Source: Octopus sinensis
Taxonomy: Eukaryota
NCBI RefSeq assembly: GCF_006345805.1
Contig: NC_043016.1
Span: forward strand, 28,768,001-28,832,000
Reading direction: 5' to 3'
Length of the DNA: 64,000 bases
A program made the position numbers and the translations under genes. The notes beneath the pieces are model-generated. The model was given only the letters and a program-made list of their open reading frames with translations, did no database searches and had not been told where the DNA came from. Position 1 is the stretch's first letter; each line of letters begins with the position of its first letter. This document shows positions 1 through 14,169 of the stretch, piece after piece.

Positions 1-13
1 GCTAGAAACTATG
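1..13 (+). CDS. HERC2: HERC2 internal exon, 3' end only (..LETM) followed by donor GTAAGT
   Basis: G CTA GAA ACT ATG|gtaagt. LETM directly precedes VCGSPDIP in HERC2 as recalled, matching the phase-0 exon at 9286. Implied intron 14-9285. Confidence 0.8.
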
Positions 14-958
14 GTAAGTATTTTTAATTATAAATGTACTAATTACATTGTATAGTTAATTTTGTTCAATAAAGTTAAGATACTTAATTTTTTAAAAACC
101 GTAAAAGCTAATAATTTTAATTAGCTTTCATTCATATTAAATGTTGTTGTTTTTTTTAAGTTATTACTTCAGTAATATATTATATAATCCATTCTAGCAT
201 GGAAAGTAATGACTTTCTTGTAAGTAATGATTAAATGAAAACTTCTGTTAAGTGAAATAACATCAGCAAATTTTTAGATTTTATATTTGTATTTCCTATG
301 CTGTTAATATATTCTTCATTTCAGTGTTTTTTTTCTTTTTCTTGTACTTTGAAAGTGTACTCAGTTGTTCTCTAAAATGCTCGGTATAACAGCAAAAATT
401 GCTCAGAACACAGTTTCAAATTGCAATACTGTGTTATTGCAAAAAATGTTACTCTCAAAACTGTGTTCTAAAATTTAGCATATATCAAATAAAGAGTTTA
501 ATGCAAGGAATTTTCAGAAATTTATTTTTAAATACCCTGTTTTTTATTTCTTAAAAAGAAGTACCTTTGAAAGAAGTTAACTAAAAGACATTCATTCTGT
601 AGAAAAAGGTTTGTGTGGTGCATGTCCATAGGGATCTTGTATTGTAGAAGCTCTGATCATTAGAGTGTCCTTTTCTATTTTTTAACCTTCCTGAAAAGAT
701 TCTATAGAACTGTACTTCAGTGTATAAATATGGAAGTTAAGAAGACGTTTTGCATTATGGAATTACCTCATTTTGACAAAAAGCTAACGGTGATGCAACC
801 ATTCAGGCCTATGGAATTTGTATATTTTTTTGTACATGATTTTATGCTTTTTATTCGTTTTCATAACATTAAAGAAATTGGATCAAAGTGCTCTGTCTAA
901 GAAACAAAGCAATACTTTTAGATCTATTTCTCAAAATACAAAGCAGATTTCCGTGGTT

Positions 959-1170
959 CATCATCATCATCATCGTTTAGCGTCCGTTTTCCATGCTGGC
1001 ATGGGTTGGACGATTCAACTGGGGTCTGGGAAGCCAGAAGGCTGCACCAGGCCCAATCTGATCTGGCAATGTTTCTACAGCTGGATGCCCTTCCTAGCGC
1101 CAACCACTCCGTGAGTGTAGTGGGTGCTTTTTACGTGCCACCGGCACAGGTGCCAGACGAGGCTGGCAAA
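959..1170 (-). mobile_element. RTE LINE 3' end with (GAT)n tail
   Basis: Same sequence as the 3' UTR attached to the RT-bearing RTE at 26941-28650. Confidence 0.85.
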
Positions 1171-1928
1171 CAGCCATATTTTCTGCTCAGTATCATTCAA
1201 TTGTAATTGACAAAAGATAACGTTGCCTGATACTGAAAAATTAGTTGAATATATTCTGAAATCTTCATATAGCATGCCCATATAAAGATACAACACTGGC
1301 TCCTTGTTACTTTCCATTAGTTTATACAGGGCCTACTTAACTCTGAACCAGGAGAACCAGTTCGCATGACATCAGAGCATGTTCACACCCAGATGGGTCT
1401 GTGGAATACATATCTAAGGGCCAGCTCAACTGTGGGTCCTGTATACCTTAGCAGCTACAAGACTATATTCTGCTACTTCACCCATAACTGGAACCATTGT
1501 CAGTTACTACTACCCAGGAGTAGTGCTGACTGAAGGATAACTCCCTACTCCTGAAATCCTGTGTTACAACCTCACCATGTTTTGTCCAAATGAAATATAT
1601 TAATAATGTTGTGAATTGATTGGATGAAAATAATTATATTCCTCCATTTAAATATCACCAGAGTTGGCTATTGGCTTTTACCCTCCTCTGCTACATAAAA
1701 TAATAGAGATAGCAATTCCTTTCCTCCCCTCTAATGCCTTACAGTTGATGGATGAAAGATCTGGGGAAGGGTGACAATTAAACATTTCTTTCTACTGGAT
1801 GAATGTCAAATTGATTTCTTTGGAATAAATACTATTATTTGGTTATTTCTAAATTGTTTTCTAAATGACTATTATTTGAAAATTTCTGAAGATTTCCTTG
1901 CCATTGCTCTTTGGTAACCAAGTGGTTA

Positions 1929-2228
1929 CCAACTTAAAATTTGTTACCTCTAAAATGCCTCCTCCAGCATACGGTTGGGTCAGTTTTGTTTTTTCATACT
2001 GAAATATCTCTTCGGCTCATTAGTGCTAATTATCTATATTTTATATTTAAAATATTTATAATTAACATGTGCTGCCTTTAAAGTTGTATACCAACTTAAA
2101 ATTTGTTACCTCTAAAACGCCTTCTTTAGCATATGGTTGGGTTAGTTGTTTTTTTTTTTTTTTTACATGTTGAAATAACTGGTATATTTTATAATTAAGA
2201 CGTTTATAATCAACATGTGCTGCCTTTA
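1929..2228. repeat. Diverged tandem duplication, ~160-bp unit x2
   Basis: ccaacttaaaat(t)ttgttacctctaaaa...caacatgtgctgccttta occurs twice in succession. Confidence 0.7.
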
Positions 2229-2404
2229 TTTATGATTAATTAATTTTTCCTTTATTAGAACTGTTATGGTGTAGACTATTTCTCTTCAGTAATTAAAGTT
2301 CAGGTGTTTATAATTAATATTCTACAAGGGTTAAATTCCAGTAATATTCTTCTGAAAGAATTTATGGATGTAGAAAAAAAAATGAAATAAAAAAAATAAA
2401 CAAT

Positions 2405-2792
2405 AGGCGCAGGAGTGGTTGTGTGATAAGTAGCTTGCTTACCAACCACATGGTTCTGCGTGGCACCTAGGGCAAGTGTCTTCTACTATAGCCTTGGGCT
2501 GACCAAAGCCTTGTTAGTGGATTTGGTAGACAGAAACTGAAAGAAGCCCACTGTATGTGTGTGTGTATGTATATTTATATGTATATGTGTGTGTGTGTTT
2601 GGCCCCCAACATCACTTGACAACCAATACTGGTGTGTTTACGTCCCCGTAACTTAGCAGTTCGGTATAAGAGAATGGTAGAATAAGTACTAGGCTTACAA
2701 AGAATAAGTACTGGGGTCGATTTCTTCGACTAAAGGCAGTGCTCCAGCATGGCCTCAGTCAAATGACTGAAACAAGTAAAAGAGTAAAGAGT
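2405..2792 (+). mobile_element. tRNA-derived SINE, local family A
   Basis: tRNA-like head, CORE-like gcacctagggcaagtg motif, internal (TG)n, (AAAGAGT)n tail. Several copies in the window. Confidence 0.85.
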
Positions 2793-5645
2793 AAATAAAT
2801 TAATAGTTATGTGTCACATAATTCTTATGTTACTGATGTTAGAAGTCATTACAAACTCAACAATCGGTCAGTCCGTATCTCAATAGTAGATTGGGCTAAT
2901 TACTGAATTTGAGTATTCAGTATCTGATCTGATCTTGTATTATAACCTCTTCTTTTAAGCCAGAACTCTAGGACACTTATTTATCTAAATGAAAGTCATT
3001 TAACTTCAAATTTGTGTGTGTTTTGTCATAAGACTCACACAAACAAATCTCCTGCAGCAGTTAAATTTAAAAAAAATTTTTTTTTTATCTGCCTTGAATT
3101 GTTTCATCTATGGTAATAAATGTATATTTATCCAGCGTTATTCATCTGCAGAGCACCAACAAAATGAGCAGATTCTACTTATTTTTAACCAGTCCATAGC
3201 CAATGTTCTGCCTTGTGTATATCATATACAGAAGTTTAACAATTATCTCAGATTGTTCCAAGTAGCAATACTGAAGATGTAAAATGGTGGTAACTGGCAC
3301 CATAAGAATTAGTAGAACTGGAATTATTTATTATTTAGCCTGAGAACAAGGATGACAGCATTGCTTTTTGTTAGTAGTAGGAGAGGTGGAGTCTGTGTAT
3401 GTGATACTTTCAGAAAAGAGGTTTACTTATAGTGTAGCCTGGATAGAGGAAACAATTTAGAAGATGGGAGTGGGGATGAGGAGTATCATCCAGAATTTTT
3501 TTTTTTTTTTATCTAAGTTTACTGAAGAGATTAGTTTATTGCCACAACATATTTGTTGCATTCTTTAGGGAGATTTAACCAAAGGCAAGCAAAAGAGGGA
3601 GAAAAGGCTGTATAAATTGCATGCACAGTCATCTGACTTAACTCCTGCAAGGCTAATTAAAACACATCCTCGGGAGAGAAGTGAGATGGCGTGCATTAGC
3701 TTTCGAAACTTCAACAAGGATAATCAATTTTGAACAATTTACCCTTTTGTTATTATTCTTGTATACTGAGTCCCTCCTTATAAGCTATGTTACTTCCCCC
3801 ATCACGTATCGATTAAAGCATGCAGATAGTTACTAATTAATTAATATCCAAATATTTTTCAAACTCTTTTTAATCACTGGATATTCTGTGTGTAGTAAAA
3901 GATTAGGGTTAAAATTATTTTATGTTTATTCAAAATGGGCTAAAACTTAACAAGGAAGCCTCTATGTATTGCCTTCCTAAAAGTAGTGGTCAGATTACAC
4001 CCTACCAACTTAGAAGGGAGAAAATATATTGGTCTTTGATACCCCTCCCAAAAATAAAGATGGACTAGGGTTTGCTTTTTATTTTCAATAGAAGGTCAAT
4101 ATCTGTGACCTTTTTTCAGGGCCGCTGTAGATGTCCATCCAGAGGCCTGGTCTCTAATACCTTACAACAGAATGAACCTTGCCAAAGACACAGCTGAGTT
4201 GTGGTGTTAAACTAAGCACCAAATTAAATCTGTCCAATTTCAATAACTTAGTGTTAGCTGATGCTTGCAGCTGCCTGCCTTTAGCGTTGTACACTGTTTT
4301 GGAACTAAAAATGGTATTGGAACCGTTTCTTAACCTATTACTATAAGTCTACTTGCATCTAAGTAATAAATTTATGCCATTATTCTGAAGTATTTTTCAT
4401 AGATTCTGCAATAAATACATTCATATATTTTCTGACAGTTTAAGCATTGAGATTATTCCATCAAATGCAATGCTTTTTCCTTTACATTGTTTAGAATTAT
4501 GGATTATCTTGTAGTTTTGAGATTTCAATGATGTGCTCAAAGCTACTAGATAGTGTGGGATTGATTGAAGAGAATGAATAAATTAGTATTTACATTTGAC
4601 AAAGTAATCTAAGTGCTAAGGTATTGCATTATAGCTACATACGTTCAATTAATAATACACAAATAAGGAAAATCTATCCACCAAAGCAGTGATGAGCATT
4701 CATTCTCATTGTCTGACATTTACACATGCATATATAATAACTTTAGCCTGTGATGGGGTTGAAAATTGAAGTAATTAGGTACTCTCCGCCCCTTACCCTG
4801 TCTTGGTACAGTTTCTATTAATTGTTCAAGCATCTTTTGCATGAAATTATGAAGAATGTCATTGGCTAGGAACAACATAGGACAAAGTTACGAGCATGCA
4901 CGACCATCTGACTTGCCTCCTGCGGAACACAATCTGCATATCCTCGGGAGACAAGTGAGATGTCGTGCATTAGCTGATGAGACTACAGTCCTGATGGAAT
5001 TACAAGCTGGCTTCTATTAACCCGAGGAGATGAGGCATCATCGTCATAAATAAGAAATATTGCTGTTAATGGTGGCAAGATAAAAAAAAAAGTTTTTGCT
5101 GTTTCTGTTTTGTATTGAACAACTGATTGATCACTTGATGTAAAAGTAAAATTTTTCTTTCAGAAAACATTGGTAATATTGGAGGAAATATTCAGATAGA
5201 CATTTTTTATCCCTTTTTTTGCAAACAATGGTTTTGATTCTACTGCAATTCTCTTTTATGAGAGGGAACTTAGGCAAAGCAGAATCATTGGCTATGTAAT
5301 CCAAAGTGTGTTTAAACCCACCTGTGATTGCTCCTGATTTTATGATACTTCCTGTTTTAAAGTAATCAAAATTAAAACCTTCTATCAAAATTTCATGTCA
5401 CTTCATTCCAAGCCCCCAGCTTAATAAATGACAATTATTTTGCTAAATTCTTCATTTTCAAAATAAATTGAAATAAAGACTGTATGTCAACAGAAATATG
5501 GTTAATAAAGGGTTTAAATAATGGTAGAGGTAATTTCCAGGTAGTTGGAAAAACGGTAGGGGGAGAGGTGTGCTGAAACGTTCTTGTTTTTAAGGGTGTT
5601 GCTAATGGCCTGGTTGGAAGCCCAACCTTCCAAGTTCTTTCACGT

Positions 5646-5790
5646 CATCATTGTTTAACATCTTTCTTCCATGCTGGCATGGGTTGGACACCTTCACAGG
5701 AGTTTTGGTGTGGTCTTTTATTTATGGTTGGATGCCCTTCCTAGGACCAACCACTCTGCAGAGTGGGGTGAGTGCTTTTTACATGGCACG
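5646..5790 (-). mobile_element. Degenerate RTE 3' end
   Basis: tccatgctggcatgggttgga...ggatgcccttcct motifs. Confidence 0.7.
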
Positions 5791-7846
5791 ATTTAGAAAA
5801 ACTGAAGACCTACTGCAATAAGTGTGTGAATCTGAGAGGGGAATGTGTTGAATAAAATCATAATTGACCCTCTTTTATTTTCTTTTACCCAAAGCCGGGA
5901 ACTTTTCAGCACTCCCTTGTAAAAGACATGCTGATAATGTACAAAGACGCACGATCAAAGGTGTGTTGACCTTCTGGACCTGCTCTCTATGTTGATTAAT
6001 CACATGGAATTATTTTAGTTGAGGCACCAAAGCGGGTGTAATTTATAGAGTTATGCATAGTTGAGACTTCAGAAGAAACTACATGCTTAAATATTTATAA
6101 TTGGCTCTAGGAAACCTTGGTGGTAACGAATGATGCACACTCATCTGGCAATCTTCTGTAATATGTCTAATTAATTAGTAAGATACAATAGAGTTCACTG
6201 AGCCCCAGAAAAATTTGATCTTAACTTTTATTAGTCTTGAAGCCATAGGTATGTATGTGGATATATGAATTGCAGAAGGTCTGATATGTGTCTTCTGTTA
6301 AATGAATTCATGATGGATTGAGGAATTCAGAGACAAGTTGAAATAGACCATAAGGAGACATTTATTACAACTGCTAAAATTTGATGAAGCAAATTGGTAA
6401 GACAATTCAATTGTCAAAACGTATAGATTTAAATGTTCATCAAAATGTAGATATGAAGGTTAGAGAAAAACCTGAAATACAGCATCACAGTAATTCTGGT
6501 TCTATTCAAATGTTGGTAAGACACTAAGCATGATGATGTCTAGGATTCTGGTTTGAAATCTGTTCAAACTGAAAACTGCAGTTGAAGTCAAAATTGTTTT
6601 CGGGTAGAGGTCCCAGGCCACTCATAGCAAAACTCTCCCCCCTTGGGACTTAGCAGGACAGAAATTCTAGTTTTATAACTGATAAGCAGATGCTAGGCTA
6701 ATCCATCATGTTAAAGGCATGGACAGTCCAAGCAAAACTAAGTGGATCTGACCATCACATGATGAACCAAAATGGGTAGTTAAAAGTAAAAAGCTTCAAT
6801 GTGAGCAACTAGAGTTCAAGAGCGCTCGTGCTGCTGCTACAGTCTCAAAACTTTAGAGAGCATAAAGAGTGTAGTTGAAAACAGGCTACCACTGATAACT
6901 TTTGAATTAATTGAAATGGTAATGTAACGGGGAAAAAATCATTAGTGTTAATGAAAATTACTGTCAAATGGAGGGAAGGGGAAGAACTCCTGTAAAAATT
7001 GAATGAAATGGTGGTATACAAGGAAGATAACCATGGGTATGGTTTTGGTTTCTGAAAATATATAATTTTTGGTATGAAAATAGTTTATTGATTGTTACCA
7101 TAACTAAGAAACATTTGGCTTATTCCTTGTTTCCACAGCAAATAATTCTCTGGTCTTGATGGTTATGTATTCCACTGAGCAGTTCTTATCTGTTTTAGAG
7201 TTATCATAGTGACCAGAGATCTAGTTTATTCCACATGCTGCTTGCATCTCTCCAGCTAAGTTTTGGTCAATTTTAATTTGGATAATTCTTTCTGGTCATT
7301 ATTTGACATAAATTTTCATTAATGCTAATGTGTCTTCATTCAGTTATTCTCAAGTACAGTATTAAGTGAATGATTGAATATATATGTGTGTGTGTGTGTG
7401 TGTATTTATATAGTTTAAGCTGGTATATTAGTTTAATGCTCGGGAAGAAAAGAAAAGTTTCAAGCCTACACTCTTGGAGAGAAAGGATTAAGAGTAAAAA
7501 ATATGTATTAACCCATTGTGTGTGTAAATATGAATATGGGTTTTATAGATAATTTGTGAGAAAGTTATCATTTTAGGTTACATTAATATTTTATTCAGTT
7601 ATGTATTGTTTGTCTTTAACCAAATAACCAGATAGGTATTAGTGAGTGATAGAGTTGTTTGATATTGCAATATAACAGAGATACAATACAATGATGTGAT
7701 GCTGCTGCTACACTAAATCATTCCTGGTCATAGCTTTGGGAAACATAAGCTGATTAAGAATTTTGAGAAGATTCTTGTAGGTGCTACTCATTTGTTAATT
7801 CTTGAAATTAGTTTATTACTAAAATCTAGAGTAGTGCTTAGAAGCA

Positions 7847-7903
7847 CTACTTTCATGGAATTATAGCAAGAATTTAATTCTTGCTATAATTCCATGAAAG
7901 TAG
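7847..7903. repeat. Perfect palindrome, 28-bp arms, 1-nt spacer
   Basis: ctactttcatggaattatagcaagaatt-t-aattcttgctataattccatgaaagtag. Confidence 0.95.
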
Positions 7904-9017
7904 CTCTGGTTGTAGTTCTGACAATTAGAATTCTTGTCTCTTAATTATAACCTTGGTTAATGATTTAGGGTCTTACTGTCTCTCATTGTATTATGGCTTG
8001 TTACTCTGCTTATTCTATTTGTTTACAATCAACTAGTTATTAGCTGAAATAGCAATTATTCTGTTAAACAGCTTCTATGAGTATGGATGTGATGTGGCAG
8101 CTTGCATTATGTGAGTCATTAGTGATAGTAGCACACCAAATGTGATGGCATCTCCAAAGACAATTTGTTTAATTTTTATGATATCACTATAGAACTTTCA
8201 GGGTGTTTCCTAGATTAACCATGATTTTAATATAAAATTCCAATATAACCACTGTTTGAATGGAAAATTTTATTTGAATTATGTTTTTATTTTAAATTGT
8301 AATATTTTTGACTGGATTATTATAGCTGAATAATATTGTGTTGTTAATTTTCATGCTGAAATTATTCCATATTTGTTAACCCTTTTGATATCAAACTGCC
8401 TTAGATTTTGCTTATGAAAGAAACTTCTAAAGCAATCTAAATTAAGACCGTCCATTCATATTCCTTATGTTCCAAACACCAACTTAATACTGACAGTTAT
8501 TTTTATTTAATTCTTCAATTTCTAAATTAATTGAAACAAAGGCAGTCTTTTTCAAAGAGGGATTAGGTAATGCCATTCCAATTTGAAGGCCACCTTCTGT
8601 AGTAATGCACTGCACACTAACATTACTAGGAAGGAAAAAAAAATATTTGTAGCTATTATGTTTGAATGTTCTAAATGATTTTTTTGTTGTTGTTGGAAGC
8701 CAACATTAACTCAATCTATTCATAATCTGTATTTTTTAAAATTTCAAATGTACTAGTGTTTATATCAAGCTTGTTTTTTTTTTTTTTGTTTTTTTTTTGT
8801 TTCAAAATTAGTTTTTATACACCTTAAATGTTAGCAAAGATGTTTATGTTGTCAGGCAATTTATATTTATTAACTCTTCATTAATGTTCATTTTCACACT
8901 TAATTAACACTTTGTGTTTAAAGAGTAGTGACATTGGCACATTTGGTGGAGATGCTAGACTAGATGCTCTCAAAATCTCTAGTTTGGTCTTTCCCATTTG
9001 TGTTAAAATCAAACCAG

Positions 9018-9190
9018 AATTAATATTGTTGTATATTGATAATTGCTTAAATACCTGTTAAAATCATTGTTACTTTCTGAAATTAATGTTACATATTGAT
9101 GTTGATTATTTAAATACCAGTTATAATTCATTGTTATTTTCTGAGATTAATGTTGTATATTGATGTTGATTGCTTAGATACGAATTATAT
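9018..9190. repeat. Degenerate ~63-bp tandem repeat, about 3 copies
   Basis: Recurring attaatRttgtatattgatRttgattRcttaRatac upstream of the HERC2 acceptor. Confidence 0.6.
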
Positions 9191-9285
9191 CTTTTATCAG
9201 TTTAATGTTATTGTTATTGCAGTTCTTGATTTTGCCAAGAACTCCAGTTTGTTGTTGTTGTTGTATAATTTAAATTCTTAAATAG

Positions 9286-9498
9286 GTGTGTGGCAGTCCT
9301 GATATACCGTTGACTCTGCTGAAATCAGTGGCCACATATAAAGGTATAGATGCTACTGCACCTCTAATACAGTGGTTCTGGGCAGTAATGGAAGAATTTA
9401 CTAACACTGAGAGGTCCTTGTTTTTGCGATTTGTTTGGGGCCGAACGCGATTACCACGAACTATTGCTGATTTCAGAGGAAGAGACTTTGTTTTACAG
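9286..9498 (+). CDS. HERC2: HERC2 penultimate coding exon (HECT domain)
   Basis: aatag|GTG...CAG|gt, 213 nt, phase 0-0. [54 protein letters not shown] closely matches the recalled HERC2 sequence. Confidence 0.96.
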
Positions 9499-9668
9499 GT
9501 AATTTTTATATTGAGATATTTTTAAAAGATACTTCAGTGATGACTTTTTAATCAGTACTTATTAATGTTCATGTGGTTATTTTATGAAGAGATAAACCTG
9601 TGAAATTCAGTTAATGCACAAAGCTAGTGGTTAGTTTAAAACTGAAAACCTTAACTTTGCTGGCTTAA

Positions 9669-9869
9669 CCCTTTAGCACTTAAATCAGCCATATCAACAC
9701 CCATGTCTTCTGTTCTATGTTTAGATCAGCCAGAACTGAACTCTCACATCTACTGTACAATGTCATTGTGAAAATAAATAATTGAGTCACTGAAAATAGT
9801 GCATAATTAATTCAAAACAGTATGAATAAGTAAACATTACATTTGACAATAATCTGAATGCTAAAAGGG
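9669..9869. mobile_element. piggyBac-type MITE in the last HERC2 intron
   Basis: TTAA-ccctttagca...tgctaaaaggg-TAAA terminal inverted repeats. A related 5' fragment lies at ~17270. Confidence 0.65.
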
Positions 9870-10105
9870 TAAATATTACCAAAAAGTTAAATTAGAGACA
9901 TGTTTCTCTTGAAGGAATTATTTTTTGTCACATCCAAAATAAAAAGACTGGTTCTTAATGTTGATACATTGTTGGTAGAGTTAGGACTAAACTAAGTAGT
10001 AGTAGAGTATTTAAGAAAATTATCAAACAGCTTTATGTATGAAAATAAGTCTTCATAAGAAGTGCTTAGCATTTTTTTTTTGTTTTTTGTTTTTTTTTCC
10101 AACAG

Positions 10106-10372
10106 GTCTTAGACAAGTATAACCCACCTGACCATTTTCTCCCAGAAAGCTACACCTGTTTTTTCCTCTTAAAAATGCCAAGATATTCGTCTCAAGATAT
10201 ATTAAAGGAAAAATTAAAATATGCCATCCATTTCTGCAAATCTATCGACACTGACGATTACGCCAGAGTTGCCCTCACTGGAGATCTCATGGATGATGAC
10301 AGCCATGATGCTAGTGAAGAAAGTGATGACTTGGATAGTATTGAATCAGGAGAATTTGTGGATTCTGACTGA
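10106..10372 (+). CDS. HERC2: HERC2 last coding exon with catalytic Cys and acidic tail
   Basis: Polypyrimidine tract, aacag|[53 protein letters not shown]. Catalytic Cys codon TGT at 10157-10159. Confidence 0.96.
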   Translation, partial: VLDKYNPPDHFLPESYTCFFLLKMPRYSSQDILKEKLKYAIHFCKSIDTDDYARVALTGDLMDDDSHDASEESDDLDSIESGEFVDSD

Positions 10373-10625
10373 AGGTTCTTCCCCCACCCACAACAACCAC
10401 CACCACCACCACCACGACTATCATCTTCTGTTCCTGTCTTGTTAAATTAATGTCTTAAAGAGGCACAAGGCCGGAGAAATTTTGGCAGGAGGAAACAGTC
10501 AATTTTATTGACTTTAACAAGATGTTTAACTGACTAGATGTTGCCAAACATTTTGTCACTGCTCTTAATGTCCTGTTAATCCACTGCCTTTGTCTATTAA
10601 TTTACCACCTTTGTCTTGTTCAAAT

Positions 10626-10631
10626 AATAAA
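10626..10631 (+). promoter_or_regulatory. Candidate HERC2 polyadenylation signal
   Basis: First clear AATAAA downstream of the stop noticed by eye, followed by a GT/T-rich tract. Further AATAAA hexamers lie at about 11.0-11.7 kb, so site usage is unknown. Confidence 0.35.
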
Positions 10632-12042
10632 TAGTTGTTTGACATGATTTTTTTTTTTTCTTTCTCTATGAAAATTGGAGGTTTTGAATGTTTGGGTGAG
10701 GTTTAAACCTTGTTCTTCCTCTACCATCACCCTCCTCCCTTATTTACACCTGCTCTTGAAACATTTACCTGACCAACTCTATGACAAAACAAAACACAGT
10801 AAGAGGCAACAGGCCCATGCATGTCTTCATTATTAAACCTAGCTAACAACTAATGTACAGGTCTTTAGTTGAAGTCACAAGGTTGGAATGCATGGCTGTG
10901 TAGTCAATATTTCCTGATATAAATAATAAGGAATAGAACATTGAAAATGTGAACAAAACATTCCCCTACCTCCCTTGCCCTTTGATGGACATTCTGTCTG
11001 CCCTTTCATGATTTACAAAAAAACTTATTTATTTTTCAGTTATTTAAATAAAACATTTCATTATTCCCTTCCTTCCCCTTCCCAGTTCAGTTAAAAGACT
11101 TCAATGCTTCATGGCAGCATGGTTAAGATGACTAAATATCTTTATATATCATTCTATTTGTTTTCAGTTAATAAAGTTGAATGTTATAAAAAAATGATAG
11201 ATTTAATGTGAATAAAAATAGACTTTAATGTGAAAATTGTTGTTGTTTTTTAATTTGATAAAAAATACACCTGGACTGTTGAAATTTTGTCTTTGCTATA
11301 AGTTTTTTTTATTTTAACTTAATATATTTCAGCTTTGTAGTCTTTTTTTTTTTCTAATTTATTTAAGTCAATCAGACAACCAAACAGCTAATTGTTTATA
11401 TAAAATTAGTTTCAACTGTCTTGAAAACTACTGTGGATCACATATGTTGATTCTCTTTCTAATCTGCTTTGTATGGGCTGAACAAGAATTTGCTTGTTGC
11501 TATGTCAGTATTTGAACATCTGGACTGATGCATGCCTCTTCCACCTATTTTACTTCAGCTGTACAACCAATAGTGATGCCATTCACTCTGATAATAGAAT
11601 TGCTATTAGGAAGAAACTAAACTGGTGTTGAGATTTCTACAGCTAGAGGGCTCTAGTTGTACATGCACATATTGAAAGACTAAATGTTGGAATAAAACTG
11701 GCATCTGTTTTGAAAGAAAGGAAAATATTTTTTTAATTTTTTGATCTAGTTTTCACGTTTGTATATATTCAGTTATATTGATATGCTTAGTTTTGTTTTT
11801 GTACGTACCTGTGGTTTGTGTCACACTTCGAAGGAAGAAATAGGTAGAAAGGTTGGAGGGAGAGGTACAAAGAGAGAGTAAGTGGTGACGAAAAGGAAGG
11901 GAAGAAAAATGTTAATCAGTATTTTCAGAGTATACATACATCAAAAGAAAAGTAAATACATAGACACATTGGTAAAACAAAGACAAATAACTGCAGCAAA
12001 TATTGGATGTCACTTTCACTTTTCATTACCACACCAGGATAA

Positions 12043-12190
12043 AATTAATGCACAAGTGGCTGAGTACACCACAGAAATGCTTACCATTAACGTAGTTCTC
12101 GGGAAGATTTAGCCTCACATAATGACAAGGCCAGCCCCTTTGAATTACAGCTACAACTCATTTTGGCCGGCTGAGTGGATTGGAGCAAGA
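12043..12190 (-). mobile_element. SINE family D fragment
   Basis: Reverse complement of the internal part of the 52238-52560 copy. Confidence 0.65.
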
Positions 12191-12249
12191 TAAACCGTCA
12201 AGTGGTTGGAAAAAGATCCAATAGAGGAGCAGGAAAATCTTTTTAGTCA

Positions 12250-13700
12250 TTAGGGTCACTATGGGTGTTAATCCAGTCCTAACAGCGGCTTATCTTGTCT
12301 GCCTCTCGATAAATCGGTCGGCTTGCAACTCAACACCTGGAGGGCAAGTCAATGTCTACCAACAGTGTCTTTGGATGGAAGGGCCGGTGAAAATACTTGG
12401 AATCTGGTGAGGTCCAGATCTCCAGATAGAGAAGAATTGTAGCGAGGTGGCTCTCCTAACTCAGACGTGGCCTGAACGGAAGTTGTCCTTGAAAGGGAGG
12501 GCAAGAGGTGTTTACTGCCTGACCGTTGTGCCTTGCCCCGATTCGTGGTTGGACAAGCTGGAACGCATGCTCTTTCGCTTTTTGTGGAGGGGCAGCAGAC
12601 CTCTTGTAAGGCGCTCTATTTGCTGCTGAAGGGTGGGTTAGGGATGCCGTGGCTAAAAATGCGCTCAGGCTTAGGCACCTGGTTTTACCTGGACGGTGAG
12701 CAGGTATGGTCTCCGTTCATCAAGCTGTTATTTCCACGGTTCACATCGTTTACCAAACTGAACCCATGGATCAAGTGTAGACCGAGATTGGGCATGTGGC
12801 ATGTAGAGTGCCATCAGGCACTCATGCTTCTCTCCCAGTCGGGCAATGCCAGTGGCGGGGGTACTACCTCTTTCTTCTATAGAGGGTTAGTAGAGTTTAA
12901 GTGTGACGACGTCCTGGGAGAAACCCTAGGCTTTGACAAAGATCAACTGGCCAGCTTGTTCCAAAGAACATTCGGTCCGGGGCCTATGGATAATTACCAA
13001 AAGTCCCTAGCCTGGCAATGTTACAGAGGAGCTTTACTGGTTCGAGATAAGCTCTTTAGACATGGGTGTGCACCTTTGCCGGTTTGTGCAAGATGTGAGA
13101 GGGACAGTGAAACTGTCTTGCATGCGATTGTGCAATGCCCCAAGGTGACTGAACTATGGGCTTATGTCGAGCACCTGCTGTCACATTCGAGAAGAGTACA
13201 ACTGTCGAGTGAATCTGTAATTAAGATCGTTCCGCTGACCTCCCTGAATAGGGAGGAGCGAGCCTGTTTTCTCTCGGTAGTTGCTATGGCGAAAGAAGTA
13301 GTGTGGAAGACGAGAGTAAAAGGAATTGCAACAGGCATGTTCATCTCCAGTCTCGAGCTAATCGACTTTTTCGTTTTCCACATGAAACGGAAAATAAGGC
13401 TGGAGAAGAAATGCCTGTCGCAAAGTGTGTTTCGTAAAAGATGGAAGTATATAGCAAGTATGTTACGAGTGAAAGAACCTGTTTAATCGAGAATATAAAA
13501 AAGGAGAAAGCAAAGTCTTCAGTGTGAGTATGTGGTTTGTGGGGTCAACCGCGTCCTCCACTTAATTTTTTGTTATTCACTCATTCTCATTTAATTGTAT
13601 ATATTTTAATTGTTTGTTCATATGTTTCGTCTCATTCCATACCCTGACCCCAACGTTTGTTTTGTCTGTCCCCGTATTGTCCCCTCTTTTTCTCAATCTT
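12250..13700 (+). mobile_element. 5'-truncated L1/Tx1-clade LINE (RT C-terminus plus CCHC finger), frameshifted
   Basis: LSLKGR..LFRFLWRG, KGGLGMP, CARCERDSETVLHAIVQC, VVWKTR. 3' UTR ends with aataaagaaa. Confidence 0.85.
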
Positions 13701-14169
13701 ATGGTGAATAAAGAAATACTCTCAGCAAGTAGCTGTAGATGTTACTTTTCTACACTTGATGGGAGAAGTAGAAAGAAAAATAATAAAAAGTGTTAAGCAG
13801 AGGAGGTATACTTGAAGTGAGTGGTAACGTGAGAGAGGAGGGACAGAGTGAGTGGTGACTGAAAGGAAGGTGGTGTTGGCTTTGTGTTTTTAAATGTTTA
13901 TCAGTATTTTTAGAGTAGATACATACATAACCACAGCAAATATTGGATGTTACTTTTATTTTCCTACAATATAAATAATATAATTAATTACTGTATTCTA
14001 TATACTGGGTCCTCAGCCAATATTGGATATTACTGTAAGTGTCAGAATATAGAAACCTTTCTCATGGTATCAGCACACAATTTATAGATGCTCACATTTT
14101 TTATATTTTCCATGAAGTTTTCATGGGTCCAGCTAGTATATATACATACATGAAATACGCACACACACA

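Noticed and set aside
4972-5010. CTGATGA-GAC-taca-GTC hammerhead-like start
   Set aside because: No GAAA or helix III follows.
5131-5388. 85-aa ORF, and an open stretch at ~6330-6530, in the HERC2 intron
   Set aside because: No recognisable homology, and the flanking HERC2 exons join in frame without extra exons.
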